A DNA stretch of 64,000 nucleotides from an uncultured Gemmatimonadales bacterium (GTDB lineage: Bacteria > Gemmatimonadota > Gemmatimonadetes > Gemmatimonadales > GWC2-71-9): contig CAVSLV010000002.1 in NCBI GenBank assembly GCA_963728915.1, forward strand, positions 160,001-224,000, given 5' to 3'. Each line of letters starts with the position of its first letter. Within the stretch, counting starts at the first letter, position 1. Both the position numbers and the translations under genes were made by a program. Positions 36,924-47,120 of this stretch are shown here, one piece after another. The notes below the pieces were generated by a model. That model saw nothing but the letters and a program-made list of their open reading frames with translations. It did no database searches and was not told the DNA's origin.

Positions 36924-37259
36924 ATGGGCTCCGACACGCCGATCCTCGCCGGGACGCTCGACCTTCTGATCCTGAAGACCCTGGCCGCCGGGTCGTTCCA
37001 CGGCTACGGGATCGCCCAGCACATCCAGCGTCTCTCCAATGACGCGCTCCGGGTCGAGGAAGGCTCGCTCTACCCCGCCCTGCAACGGATGTCGGTGAAG
37101 GGCTGGATCACCTCGTCCTCCGGCAAGTCCCCCACCGGACGGGAAGCCCGCTATTACCGGCTCACCGCGGCCGGCCGCCGCCAGCTTGGCCAGGAAGAAG
37201 CCACCTTTCAGCGCTCGGTTGCGGCAACCATCAGGGTGTTGCGGAGGGCCGAGTCATGA
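36924..37259 (+). CDS. PadR regulator (acidobacterial type)
   Basis: Motif GTLDLLILKTL...HGYGIA.HI...GSLYPAL.R. Confidence 0.92.
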   Translation: MGSDTPILAGTLDLLILKTLAAGSFHGYGIAQHIQRLSNDALRVEEGSLYPALQRMSVKGWITSSSGKSPTGREARYYRLTAAGRRQLGQEEATFQRSVAATIRVLRRAES

Positions 37260-39969
37260 CCCCGCGCGAGATCTGGGGCCGGCTCACCGCCTGGACCCGG
37301 CGGCGCCAGCTCGATCGGCAGCTCGCCGACGAGCTCCAGAAACACCTCGAATTCCTGGCGCGGGACCTCGAAGCCCAGGGCATGCCGCCCGCCGAAGCGC
37401 TCGCCGCCGCGCGCCGGAAGCTCGGCAACGTGACCGCGCTCCGGGAGCAGAGCCGGACCGCGTGGGGATTCCCCGCGCTGGATTCCGTGCTTCAGGATCT
37501 GCGTTACGCGCTCCGTGGGCTCCGGCGCTCCCCCGGCTACACCGCCACGGTGGTGATCACGCTCGGGTTAGGGATCGGCGCCAACGCCGCGATGTTCGCG
37601 GTGATCGACCGGCTGATGTTCCGCCCGTTTCCGTATCTCCATGATCCCGGCCGGGTCCACACCGTCTACCTCCAGAGCATCTTCCGCGGCCAGGTCCGGA
37701 CCTACGCCACGATGCCGTACACCCGGTATCTGGACCTGACCCGCGAGGGCCGGTCACGTTCGACGACATGGCCGCGGTCTCCGAATGGCGCCTCGCGATC
37801 GGCACCGGCGCCGACACCCGGGTCCACAAGGTCGCCGGGGTGAGCGCCTCGTTCTTCTCCTTCTTCGACGCCCAGCCCGAGGTGGGCCGGTTCTTCGGCC
37901 CGGCCGAAGACACCCCGCCCCTCGGCGCGATGGTCGCGGTGGTAAGTCACAGCTACTGGAGCAACGTCCTGGGCGGCCGGGATCCGGTGGGCCTCTCCCT
38001 CCAGATCGGATCCCTGAAGTACACCGTGATCGGCGTCGCGCCGAAGGGATTCGTCGGCACCGTCCAGGGGAGCCCGCCCGACTTCTTCATCCCCATCACC
38101 ACGGTGGCCGCCAACCTCGACCGGTCCAACGCGGACACCTACTTCACTCGGTACCAGTGGGACTGGGTCGAGATCCTGGTGCGGCGGAGGCCCGGCGTGT
38201 CGGTGGCGGAAGCCAGCGCCGACCTGACCCGGGGGTGGACCCGGAGCCGACAGCTTCAGCGCGCCATCAACCCGGTGCTCCTGCCCGACTCGGTGGCCCA
38301 TCCGAACGCCATCGCCGGCGCGGTGCGGAGCGCGGCCGGGCCGGACGCAGGACTGGAGTCGCGGGTGCTACTCTGGGTGACCGGTGTCGCCGGGATCGTG
38401 CTGCTCATCGCCTGCGCCAACGTGGCCAACCTGATGGTGGCCCGTTCGCTCCGGCGGCGGCGTGAGATCGCGGTCCGGCTGGCCCTCGGCGTGAGTCGAC
38501 TCCGGCTGGCGGGCCAGTTCCTCACCGAGGGGCTGCTGCTCGCCGGGTTAGGAATGGTGGCGGGGCTTCTCATGGCGCAGTGGGCCGGGGTCGCGATCCG
38601 CGGGCTCCTCCTCCCCGAAGGGTCTCCCTTCAACCTGAACCGGGACTGGCGCACCATCGGGGTCGCGGCCGGCTGCGGGTTACTGGCCGCCGTGGTCACT
38701 TCGATCGGTCCCGCCGTGCTGGCGATCCGTTCCGACGTCGGCGGCTCGCTCAAGGCCGGAGCGCGGGAGGGCACCCATCGCCGCTCCCGGCTCCGCGCCG
38801 CGCTGCTGGTGACGCAAGGCGCCCTCTCGGTAGCCTTGCTGGTGGGCGCGGGACTCTTCGTCCGGAGCCTCCGGAACGTTCTGGCGATTCCGCTGGGCTA
38901 CGATGCGAGCACGGTGATCGAGATCATCCCGGACTTCCGGGGCCAGACCATGGACAGCTCCCAGCAGGTGGCGGTGCGACGGCGGCTCCTCGAGGAAGCG
39001 GAACGGATTCCCGGCGTGGAGGCAGCGGCGCGGGTCAACAGCCGGCTCTTCGGCACCAACACCACCACGCTCAAGGTGCCGGGAATCGATTCGGTGGCGC
39101 GCCTCGGGCGATTCAACGTTCAGCTCTCCACCCCGGGGTATTTCAGCGTGATGGGCACCCGGATCATCCGGGGCCGGGGCTTCAATGCCAGCGATGGTGA
39201 GGGATCGCCGCCGGTGACCGTGGTGAGCGCGGCCATGGGCCGCGCGCTCTGGCCCGGAGAGGACCCGCTGGGAAAGTGCATGCAGATCTCGTGGCGCCCG
39301 GAGACCCGGATCGCCGAGCAACCCTGCACCACCGTGGTCGGTATTGCCGAAGACGCCGCGCAGCAGGGCCTGCTCGATGCCGAGCGGTTCATGTACTACT
39401 TGAGCGTGGACCAGGTGGCTCCGGGCTGGGTCTCCACCATCCTGGTCCGGATGGCGGATGGTGAGATCGATCGCGATCTCGAGCGGGTCCGGCGCGCCAT
39501 GCAGGCCGCGATGCCGGGAGACGGATTCGTGGTGGTCCGCCCGCTCCAGGAAGTGGTAGACGATCAGCGGCGGAGCTGGATCCTGGGCGCGACGCTGTTC
39601 TCGGCGTTCGGCGGGCTCGCATTGCTTGTCGCCGCGGTCGGACTCTACGGGGTGATCGCGTACACCGTGGCGCGACGGATGCATGAGCTCGGCGTGCGAA
39701 TCGCGCTGGGCGCCCGGGGTGGCCACATCGTCCGGATGATCGTTTTACAGGGGGTGAGCTATGCGGCCGCCGGCGCCGGGGTCGGGCTTCTCCTCGCGGC
39801 GATAACTTCCCACTGGCTCGAGCCCCTCCTATATAAGGAGTCGCCCAGGGACCCGGTCACCTATGCCGTGGTGGGCGGGATCATGGTCGCGGTAGGACTG
39901 GTGGCCGGCGCGGTGCCCTCGCTCCGGGCGGTCCGGGCCGATCCCAATCAGGCCCTCCGGGTGGAATAG
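37256..39969 (+). pseudogene. ADOP permease frameshifted near 37750
   Basis: N-terminus (QDLRYALRGLRRSPG) in one frame and the remainder in another; may be a sequencing error. Confidence 0.85.
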
Positions 39970-40035
39970 CCGATCCCAGGGTTCGCGGTTCGAGCGTCCT
40001 AGGTCTCGTGTGACAGGTAGCACCACGAGGTCCCA

Positions 40036-40686
40036 TTGAGACAAAGAGCGGTGCCGGTTGCGCTTGCGATATCGATTTGCGCCTGTACTCCGGCGCGCTT
40101 TCCGGCGCATTGGTGGACCCCGATTCCCGAGGCGGGGAAGCCCGACTGGGAGATCCTGCCGCAGGCGGCCCGCCCGGGCGAGGTCATTCTCTCCAAACGC
40201 AACGAGCTGGGTCTCCTCTCCAACTTTGCGGCGACTCCCTTCGTCCTTCGCGGCACTCGTTACGCCAGCCTGGAAGGGTTCTGGCAGATGATGCTCTATC
40301 CGGAGGATGAGAAGGATCCCCGCGCTCGGTATCCGGGCATCATCTGGCCTCATACCCGAGCCGAGGTCGCTCAGATGACGGGGTTCGATGCCAAGGAGGC
40401 CGGGACCCTGGCCGAGAACAACATGCGGCGGATGGGAATCGACTGGGTCAGCTTCGAAGGCGAGCGCTTCTCCTACCGGAGTCCAGTGCCGGGCAAGCAT
40501 TACGCGCTGATCGTCGAAGCCACCCGAGAGAAGGTCCGGCAGAACGAAAACGTTCGAACGCTGCTGCTTTCCACCGGCGACCTGGTGCTGCGTCCGGATC
40601 ACGTCGAGGAGCCCGACGCGCCGCCGGAGTGGCACTACTACGAGCTGTTGACCGAGCTGCGCGCCGAGCTGCGCGCGGGGCGGTAG
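40036..40686 (+). CDS. NADAR-like protein with a lipoprotein-type signal
   Basis: LSNFA.TPF....YASLEGFWQ, K..QN......LLSTG; N-terminal LAISICAC. Confidence 0.65.
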   Translation: MRQRAVPVALAISICACTPARFPAHWWTPIPEAGKPDWEILPQAARPGEVILSKRNELGLLSNFAATPFVLRGTRYASLEGFWQMMLYPEDEKDPRARYPGIIWPHTRAEVAQMTGFDAKEAGTLAENNMRRMGIDWVSFEGERFSYRSPVPGKHYALIVEATREKVRQNENVRTLLLSTGDLVLRPDHVEEPDAPPEWHYYELLTELRAELRAGR

Positions 40687-40820
40687 CTTATTCCGGGTCG
40701 GAAGACCTCGACGAATGGCCGCTCCGAGTTCGAGGACGTGCTAGCCTTCACGGACCGAATGAAGACTCCCGATGGCAGGTTGAGGATCTCCACGTGGGTG
40801 TTCGACCGCGAGCTCACCGA

Positions 40821-41288
40821 ATGAAGGCCGTGCCCGGTCGCCGCGAACGGCCTCTCTGGAAATGCCGGAAGTGCGGCCGGCGGTTCGCCAACCGCAACCA
40901 GTCCCATGCCTGTGGCCGGTTCACCTTGAAGGCTCACTTCGCCGGCAAGCCCCCGGCTATTCGGGCACTGTATGATCTCGTGGTGGGAGCGGTGGAGCAA
41001 TGCGGCCCGGTCGTGATCCTTCCGGAAAAAACCCGGATCGCCTTTCAGGTCCGGATGTCCTTCGCGCAAGTGACCCCCAAACGGGGCTGGCTCGATGGGC
41101 ATGTCGTGCTGGCTCGTCGCCTCGAGGCCCCGCGGTTTCGGAAAATCGAGACGATCTCGGCGCGAAACCACGTGCACCATTTCCGTCTGTTCGGTGCTCG
41201 CGACGTCGACCGCGAGTTCCACGGGTGGCTCAAGGAAGCCTACGCCGTCGGCGAGCAACGCCATCTCGCGTCCGAGGAGGGGAAATGA
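40821..41288 (+). CDS. DUF5655-like protein with an N-terminal Cys/His ribbon
   Basis: Motifs WKCRKCGRRF...NQSH.C and WLKEAY. Confidence 0.75.
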   Translation: MKAVPGRRERPLWKCRKCGRRFANRNQSHACGRFTLKAHFAGKPPAIRALYDLVVGAVEQCGPVVILPEKTRIAFQVRMSFAQVTPKRGWLDGHVVLARRLEAPRFRKIETISARNHVHHFRLFGARDVDREFHGWLKEAYAVGEQRHLASEEGK

Positions 41289-42748
41289 CGAGAAAACTTC
41301 ACCGCGCATCAGTCCACTGCCTTCTGCTCAGCGGCGTCCTTGGAACCGGGGCGGCTTCTCCCGCTCTCCCGCAGGCGAGCGGGTCGGCCTCGGCGGTCCC
41401 TTTCCTCCTCACCCGCCTCGAGCTCGACCTCGGTGTGCATTACGCCACGCGCACCATCGGCGGCACGGCATCACTCACCTTGCGAAACACATCGAAGCAG
41501 CCGATCGGCAGCGTATCGCTCCTCCTCGGCCGGCTCCTGACTGTGCAGCGGGTGCGAACCCGGGCCGGCGCCACCGTTCCCATGAGCCAGCGCTTTGCAC
41601 TCTTCATCGACGACTCGGCGCGTCAGGTGAACGCGATCACAGTGCGACCGGTGCGATCGGTAGCGCCCGGTGATTCGATCACGCTGGTTCTCGACTACGG
41701 CGGTACCCTGGTCGGATACACGGAAACCGGTTCTCTCTACATCCGGGACCAGGTGGACTCCGCGTTCACGATCATTCGCGAGGATGCCTACGCCTTCCCG
41801 ACCCCGGGCGTGCTCGACTCGAGGGCCAACCACGACGCCCCGCGCGCGCCGTTCGCATTCGTGGCGCACGTAACCGTGCCGTCCGGACAGGTGGTCGCGA
41901 TGGGAGGTGTGGCGGGGACACCGTCGCGCCGGGATTCGCTCGTCACGTGGAGCGCGCAGAGCGACGGGCCGGTGCCGTTCCTCAACATCACCATCGCCCC
42001 ATACCAGATCCTGGAAACAGCGGAGGCTCGGATCTTCTACTTCCCGGCCGACTCCGACGGGGCGCGAATGGTCGAGCGCGCGATTTCCGGCGCAATGGCG
42101 AAGTACGCCGAGTGGTTCGGTTCGCTGATGCACGACGCGAGGCTCACCGTCATGGAGATTCCCGATGGCTTCGGCTCGCAGGCCAGCCTGACGGCGGGCA
42201 TCATGCAGACCGCCGCCGCGTTCCACGAGAAGACTCAGCTCCGGCAGCTCTACCACGAGCTTTCGCATCTCTGGAATGTGGACGACACCGACCATCCCTC
42301 GCCGCGCTGGAACGAGGGACTCGCCTCGTTCCTCGAATACCGGATGGCCGCCGAGCTGGACGGCTGGAACGACTGGACCGGAATCATCGACCGCTGGACC
42401 CGGTACGCGGAGCAATCCTGCGCGGCCCCGGCGCGCTGCGACTCAGTTCCAATGGCAGGCTATGGTGCCGCGGGGATGACCGACCAGTCGTACACGACAG
42501 GAATGCTCATGTTCTACACGCTCTACCAGGTGCAGGGCGCCGGGCCGTTCGACCGGGCCTATCGAGATTTCTTCCAGGCGCACCAGGCGCACGGGGGCTC
42601 GACGAAGGAGATGGCGGACGCCTTCCGCGCACAGGGGACCGCGAGCGAGGGCATCCTCAACGACTGGCTCTGGACCGCGCGCTGGTATGCGCGACTCCAT
42701 GCGGGGGAACGCATCCCACAGATGATCGACGCCTATCGCGCACACTAA
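41285..42748 (+). CDS. Secreted M1/gluzincin-type metallopeptidase
   Basis: HELSHLW...WNEGLASF (HExxH...E); signal peptide. Confidence 0.82.
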   Translation: MTRKLHRASVHCLLLSGVLGTGAASPALPQASGSASAVPFLLTRLELDLGVHYATRTIGGTASLTLRNTSKQPIGSVSLLLGRLLTVQRVRTRAGATVPMSQRFALFIDDSARQVNAITVRPVRSVAPGDSITLVLDYGGTLVGYTETGSLYIRDQVDSAFTIIREDAYAFPTPGVLDSRANHDAPRAPFAFVAHVTVPSGQVVAMGGVAGTPSRRDSLVTWSAQSDGPVPFLNITIAPYQILETAEARIFYFPADSDGARMVERAISGAMAKYAEWFGSLMHDARLTVMEIPDGFGSQASLTAGIMQTAAAFHEKTQLRQLYHELSHLWNVDDTDHPSPRWNEGLASFLEYRMAAELDGWNDWTGIIDRWTRYAEQSCAAPARCDSVPMAGYGAAGMTDQSYTTGMLMFYTLYQVQGAGPFDRAYRDFFQAHQAHGGSTKEMADAFRAQGTASEGILNDWLWTARWYARLHAGERIPQMIDAYRAH

Positions 42749-44277
42749 CCCAGCTCCCCCGCAAGGTGATCCGCCAGGCGAAGGGCCAGCGCCACGATGG
42801 TCAAGGTGGGCGGCGCTGTCCCCCCGGTCGGGAAGACCGAGCTGCCGGCGATAAACAGATTCTCCACCCCATGCACGCGACAGTCGGCGTCGACCACTCC
42901 ACGCTGCGGATCAGGATCCATTCGGGTCGTCCCCATGTGATGCCAGAAGAAGCCGACCCGACCGACCCGCAGCATGAGCCGCGCCGCACGGGCCACGCTG
43001 GGTCCGTCCAGCCCAAGTGCGTCGGCCGCCATCCGCAGCGCGTCGTCGCGTCGGCGGCCCTGATCGGTCAGCCGGAAATCCAGGTGCGCCCATCGCCGGC
43101 CGAGTGCGTCGCGCTGCGGCGACAACCGCACCCGATTCTCCGGATCAGGGATCTGCTCCAGGCTGATCCGGAGACCGGATCGCTCACGCTCCGCCTGGTA
43201 GCGTGCCGTCGTTGCCAGTCTCCCCCAGGCGTCGCGAATGATGGCACCGGCGTCCCTGCCAAGATCCATGAGCTCAGGGATCGGTTTCCTCAACAGAGCC
43301 TCGGCACGGGCCCTGGCGAAGTCCCGCAGTGGAATCGGGTTGCACGACCACAGGTTCATTCCGGCGACCTGCCGATGCTGCATCAACTCGGGGGAGAGCG
43401 CCATCTGTTCCCAAACCCGCCCGCCTGATGGAGCGCGCTGTCTGGGGAGCAATTGTCCGGAAGCCCGGGTCCGGCCCAGCGGGACGTCAACGTAGGGATG
43501 CTCCATGAAGAAGCGCCCCACCAGGTCATGGTCATTGGCCAGGCCGTTGGGGTTGACCTCGTCGGAAGCCAGCAGCAGGCGGGGATTCTCGACGCCGCCG
43601 GCAGCGAGCACGAACATCCGTGCCACCACCTGGAATCTGCGTCCGTCCACCGATGCTGCTTCCACCGCGGTGACCCGATCCCCCTGGCCCGTGGTTCGCA
43701 GCCGAAGCACCTGGGAATGGAGACACACCTGGACACCGTCGGCGTGTTCGAGGGATTTCCGATAGAGATCGTCGAAACTCAGGATGGGGCAGGTCTGCAC
43801 CACCTTCGGACAGACGGTTTCGGGAGCGACCCTGAGCGGCGGTTGCCGAACAGCTTGCCAGGCGTCGGGGTCGAAGCCGGAGAGATCGCCAAGACCGCAC
43901 AGCGCCAGGGCACGTTCATAGAACGGCACCAGGTGACTGCGCGGGAATGGCCAGCCGCTGTATGGAATCCACGAACGCGGCAGGAAGTCGTTTTCATCGA
44001 GGGGACGGCAGTTCCCGACCCAGTTGTTCGTGTTGCCGCCAAAGCGCCAGCGCAGAGGCGGGTGGATCGTCAGGGCCGGTGTCGAAGGATAGGCCACCTT
44101 ATATATGCCGCGGTTCCTGGCGTCGTCGGCAAGGCCTCCGCCTTCCAGAAGGACGATCCGGGCCCCGCTGCCGGCAAGCTGCAGTGCAATCGAGATCCCC
44201 GCAGCCCCTGCGCCGATGATGCAGATGTCGCCGCGCAGCTCGCCACGCTCGGGAACGTCGTCGGGAAGGGTGAACAT
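42745..44277 (-). CDS. GMC-family FAD oxidoreductase
   Basis: Motifs IIGAGAAG, LAAGGVENPRLLL, HHMGTTRM and GSSVFPTGG...PTLTI. Confidence 0.93.
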   Translation of the reverse strand: MFTLPDDVPERGELRGDICIIGAGAAGISIALQLAGSGARIVLLEGGGLADDARNRGIYKVAYPSTPALTIHPPLRWRFGGNTNNWVGNCRPLDENDFLPRSWIPYSGWPFPRSHLVPFYERALALCGLGDLSGFDPDAWQAVRQPPLRVAPETVCPKVVQTCPILSFDDLYRKSLEHADGVQVCLHSQVLRLRTTGQGDRVTAVEAASVDGRRFQVVARMFVLAAGGVENPRLLLASDEVNPNGLANDHDLVGRFFMEHPYVDVPLGRTRASGQLLPRQRAPSGGRVWEQMALSPELMQHRQVAGMNLWSCNPIPLRDFARARAEALLRKPIPELMDLGRDAGAIIRDAWGRLATTARYQAERERSGLRISLEQIPDPENRVRLSPQRDALGRRWAHLDFRLTDQGRRRDDALRMAADALGLDGPSVARAARLMLRVGRVGFFWHHMGTTRMDPDPQRGVVDADCRVHGVENLFIAGSSVFPTGGTAPPTLTIVALALRLADHLAGELG

Positions 44278-44300
44278 CGTCGCTATGCCATCAGGTCGAC

Positions 44301-44993
44301 CTATGGAGTGAAGGTCGTGACTCCTCGGCCGGTAATGTTGCCGTCGAAGATCATTTCCAGGGTTACCTGGTATTCGGTGCCGGCCTGAAGAGCCCGGGTG
44401 GGTCCCTCGAGCATCATCCCAGGCGGCAGGTCGCCGTAGAGCACCCCAGGGCCGAGAAGACTGTCCCCTGCGGAAAGCGACCAGAACACCTGACCGGCGA
44501 GAGAGAGGCCCCGGTGGGTCCGCACCACCACGTGATTCATTCCACACCCCGGGCTCCAGTCGATGCGCGGAAGGTTCCCCGCGCTAACCCGCACGACGAC
44601 GGTCGTCTGGCACCCAACGGCCATCGCTGGGGCCGGGCAGCTCGCGGACTCGGCGGGCGAACTCGCCCCGCCCTGAGGACAGGGATCGGGTGCCGCGGGA
44701 CTCGAGCAGCAGAGCGGGACCAGGCCCCAAAGCAGGAGCAGGAGGCCGCCTGTCCGTCCGCCGATCAACGCATCCAGCAGGAGCGCAAAGGTCGTCCGCT
44801 GGACATCCTCCGGGGAAGCCCGGAGCCGGAACTCCTCGAGGGAAGAGAGCCAGCAGTTCTCGCACCGATAGGAAGTCACCACCTTGCCGAGCGCAGAATT
44901 CCAGGAAGGAATGACGTGCGCATCGGTCCCTGCGCACGGCGTGTGGCAGGCGGAACAGAGCAGGTTGAAGGAAACAGGATGGTCGTCGCTCAT
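44301..44993 (-). CDS. Hypothetical, possibly chimeric (CxxC...CxxC N-terminus + exported Cys-rich domain)
   Basis: CSAC/CENC, then an internal signal-like LLLLLWGLVPLCC. Confidence 0.4.
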   Translation of the reverse strand: MSDDHPVSFNLLCSACHTPCAGTDAHVIPSWNSALGKVVTSYRCENCWLSSLEEFRLRASPEDVQRTTFALLLDALIGGRTGGLLLLLWGLVPLCCSSPAAPDPCPQGGASSPAESASCPAPAMAVGCQTTVVVRVSAGNLPRIDWSPGCGMNHVVVRTHRGLSLAGQVFWSLSAGDSLLGPGVLYGDLPPGMMLEGPTRALQAGTEYQVTLEMIFDGNITGRGVTTFTP

Positions 44994-45092
44994 GATCGCG
45001 CCCGACTTACGATAGAGCCCGCGAGAACAAAGCGCCATTCGGTATCTTGGGAGAAGCGCCGAGCCTTCGTCGGCAGCGGAAAGGACAGGCTC

Positions 45093-45734
45093 ATGCACAC
45101 CGATGACCCGTTCGGTGGTCGCCCCCCCACCAGTCACGAGAGGATGACCGGGAGACCCTGGGATGCGTCGTACCGGGACGGCCCCGCCCCCTGGGATATC
45201 GGCGGTCCCCAACCGGCCCTCGTTCGCCTGGCAGCAAAAGGAGTATTCGCAGGACCGGTCCTCGATCCGGGCTCCGGAACCGGCGAGAATGCCCTGCACC
45301 TGGCCTCGCTGGGACTCTCGGTGCTGGGTGTCGACGTGGCCGAAACGGCCCTCGCGATGGCCCGGGACAAGGCCGCCCGCCGAGGCGCTGAGGTTGAATT
45401 CGCCCTGGCGGACGCGCTCCACCTGGAACGCCTCGGGCGCACCTTTCGAACCGTGCTGGACTGCGGGCTGTTCCACACCTTCCAGGGTGACGAACGAGTC
45501 CAATACGTGGCGAGCCTCGCCGCAGTCACCGAGCACGGCGGAACGCTCTACCTGCTGTGTTTCAGCGACCAGGGCACCGATGCCGGCCCGCACCCCGTCA
45601 GCCGGGAAGAGCTGCGAGCGGCCTTCCACCTCGGGTCCGGATGGGAGATCTCCACCATCCAGCCGGAGCGGCTCGAGACCAGGTTCCACGAGAACGGTGC
45701 CCCAGCCTGGTTGGCGACCATCCAGCGGACCTGA
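45093..45734 (+). CDS. Class I SAM methyltransferase (TPMT-like)
   Basis: Motifs PWDIG.PQP, LDPGSGTGE and LDCGLFH. Confidence 0.88.
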   Translation: MHTDDPFGGRPPTSHERMTGRPWDASYRDGPAPWDIGGPQPALVRLAAKGVFAGPVLDPGSGTGENALHLASLGLSVLGVDVAETALAMARDKAARRGAEVEFALADALHLERLGRTFRTVLDCGLFHTFQGDERVQYVASLAAVTEHGGTLYLLCFSDQGTDAGPHPVSREELRAAFHLGSGWEISTIQPERLETRFHENGAPAWLATIQRT

Positions 45735-45763
45735 CTCACAAAACCGCCCGTTGGCGTGTCAGT

Positions 45764-46372
45764 ATGGAAAGACTGGGCCGTGCCGCCGGCCCCGCTTCCC
45801 GAGCAGGAGTGCGACCGACGGCACCAGCCGACAACCTCTCCGACGCCGCTCTTCTGGCCGCCGCGCGTGATGGTGACGACCTCGCGTTCGGGACCCTGGT
45901 GTCCCGGCACGCGCGCGCGGCGTACCTCGTGGCGCTGGCCGTCGTCGATGATCCCGACCTCGCTGAGGACGTGTGTCAGGAGACCCTGTTCCGGCTCTGG
46001 CGCAGGCTCGAGGACTGCCGGGAATCCGACCGCTTTGCCGCCTGGCTGGCGCGAAGCGTCCGGCGCCAGGCATTGAATGCGCTGCGGGGCCGGCGCCGCG
46101 CCGAGCCGATCGAGGATCTCGAGGTGGCCACGCCCGGCCCGTCACCCGACCTGGCGGCCGAACAAGGAGAGCGACGGGAACACCTCGAGGCGGCGTTGCG
46201 CCACCTCTCGCCCGAGCAGCGACAGGCGGTGACGTTGTTCGACCTCGAGGGCTGGCCCCACGCGCGGATCGCCGAAACGCTGGAAACCACCGTGTCGATG
46301 AGCCGGCAACACCTCATGCTGGGGCGACGACGCCTCCGGGCGCTGCTTGGGAGAAAGGAAGATCAGCCATGA
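45764..46372 (+). CDS. ECF RNA polymerase sigma factor
   Basis: Motifs AEDVCQE, FAAWL and LSPEQRQAV.L...G....IAE.L. Confidence 0.9.
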   Translation: MERLGRAAGPASRAGVRPTAPADNLSDAALLAAARDGDDLAFGTLVSRHARAAYLVALAVVDDPDLAEDVCQETLFRLWRRLEDCRESDRFAAWLARSVRRQALNALRGRRRAEPIEDLEVATPGPSPDLAAEQGERREHLEAALRHLSPEQRQAVTLFDLEGWPHARIAETLETTVSMSRQHLMLGRRRLRALLGRKEDQP

Positions 46373-46713
46373 CCGATTTCGATGAGACGCCGGTCGACCT
46401 GGAGGTCCTTCGAGCCGAGCTGGACCGCCGCGCCGGGCGGGTGGCGGCGCGGGTGGCGATGCGGGTCGCCGCGACCGGATCGCCGGCCGGGAGCGCGGTG
46501 CGCGCCCGCCTGGCCCGGCTCGCGATTCCGGCATTGGCCGCCGCCGCGGCGGGGATCGTGCTTCTGCTGGAAGCGAGGCCGAGGACCGGGCCGATCGAGC
46601 CGTTCGCGGCCCTGGTGGTGCGTCCCGGTCCCGCCCGCGGGTGGATCGCCGCGAGCCGGGCCCCGGACCTCGAAGAAATCACCGTCATGCTCGAGACAGG
46701 GAGCCCCCGATGA
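46369..46713 (+). CDS. Single-TM protein, putative anti-sigma factor
   Basis: ATGA-coupled to the sigma gene; one TM helix. Confidence 0.55.
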   Translation: MTDFDETPVDLEVLRAELDRRAGRVAARVAMRVAATGSPAGSAVRARLARLAIPALAAAAAGIVLLLEARPRTGPIEPFAALVVRPGPARGWIAASRAPDLEEITVMLETGSPR

Positions 46714-47120
46714 CCGGCCCGGCCCGCGCGAACCTGTTCGCCGCCCTCGCCCTGCTCGCCGCCGCCGCGCTGGGCGGCGCCGCGGGTTATGCCATCGGGC
46801 GGCGGCCCGGCCCGATGAAGGCGAAGCAGGTGGCGCTGCTCGGCGTCACCCGGGAGACTCTGTTCGATTCGCTCGGCCTCGGTCCGGAGCAGCGCGCCCA
46901 CATCGACAGCACCCTCGATGCCGCGGAACAGCAGGCCGACCGGTCGATCAAGAACATGATGGAGATGGTCCTGGGACTGACCCAGGCCGCGAAAGCCGAC
47001 GTCCGCGGCGTGCTGACCGAGCCGCAACGGGTCCGCTTCGACTCGCTGCTGTCGCGGGCTGCCCCCCTGCTGCCACGCTCGCCGCTGCCACCCGCCCGGG
47101 GAACCAGGAGGAGCCCGTGA
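46710..47120 (+). CDS. Spy/CpxP-like periplasmic helical protein
   Basis: Motifs LGL.PEQRA.I and VLTEPQR.RF. Confidence 0.6.
   Translation: MTGPARANLFAALALLAAAALGGAAGYAIGRRPGPMKAKQVALLGVTRETLFDSLGLGPEQRAHIDSTLDAAEQQADRSIKNMMEMVLGLTQAAKADVRGVLTEPQRVRFDSLLSRAAPLLPRSPLPPARGTRRSP

Noticed and set aside
23470..37770. Programmed frameshifting at ~23480 and ~37750
   Set aside because: No slippery run or stimulatory structure is evident; mutation or sequencing error is simpler, and reads are needed to decide
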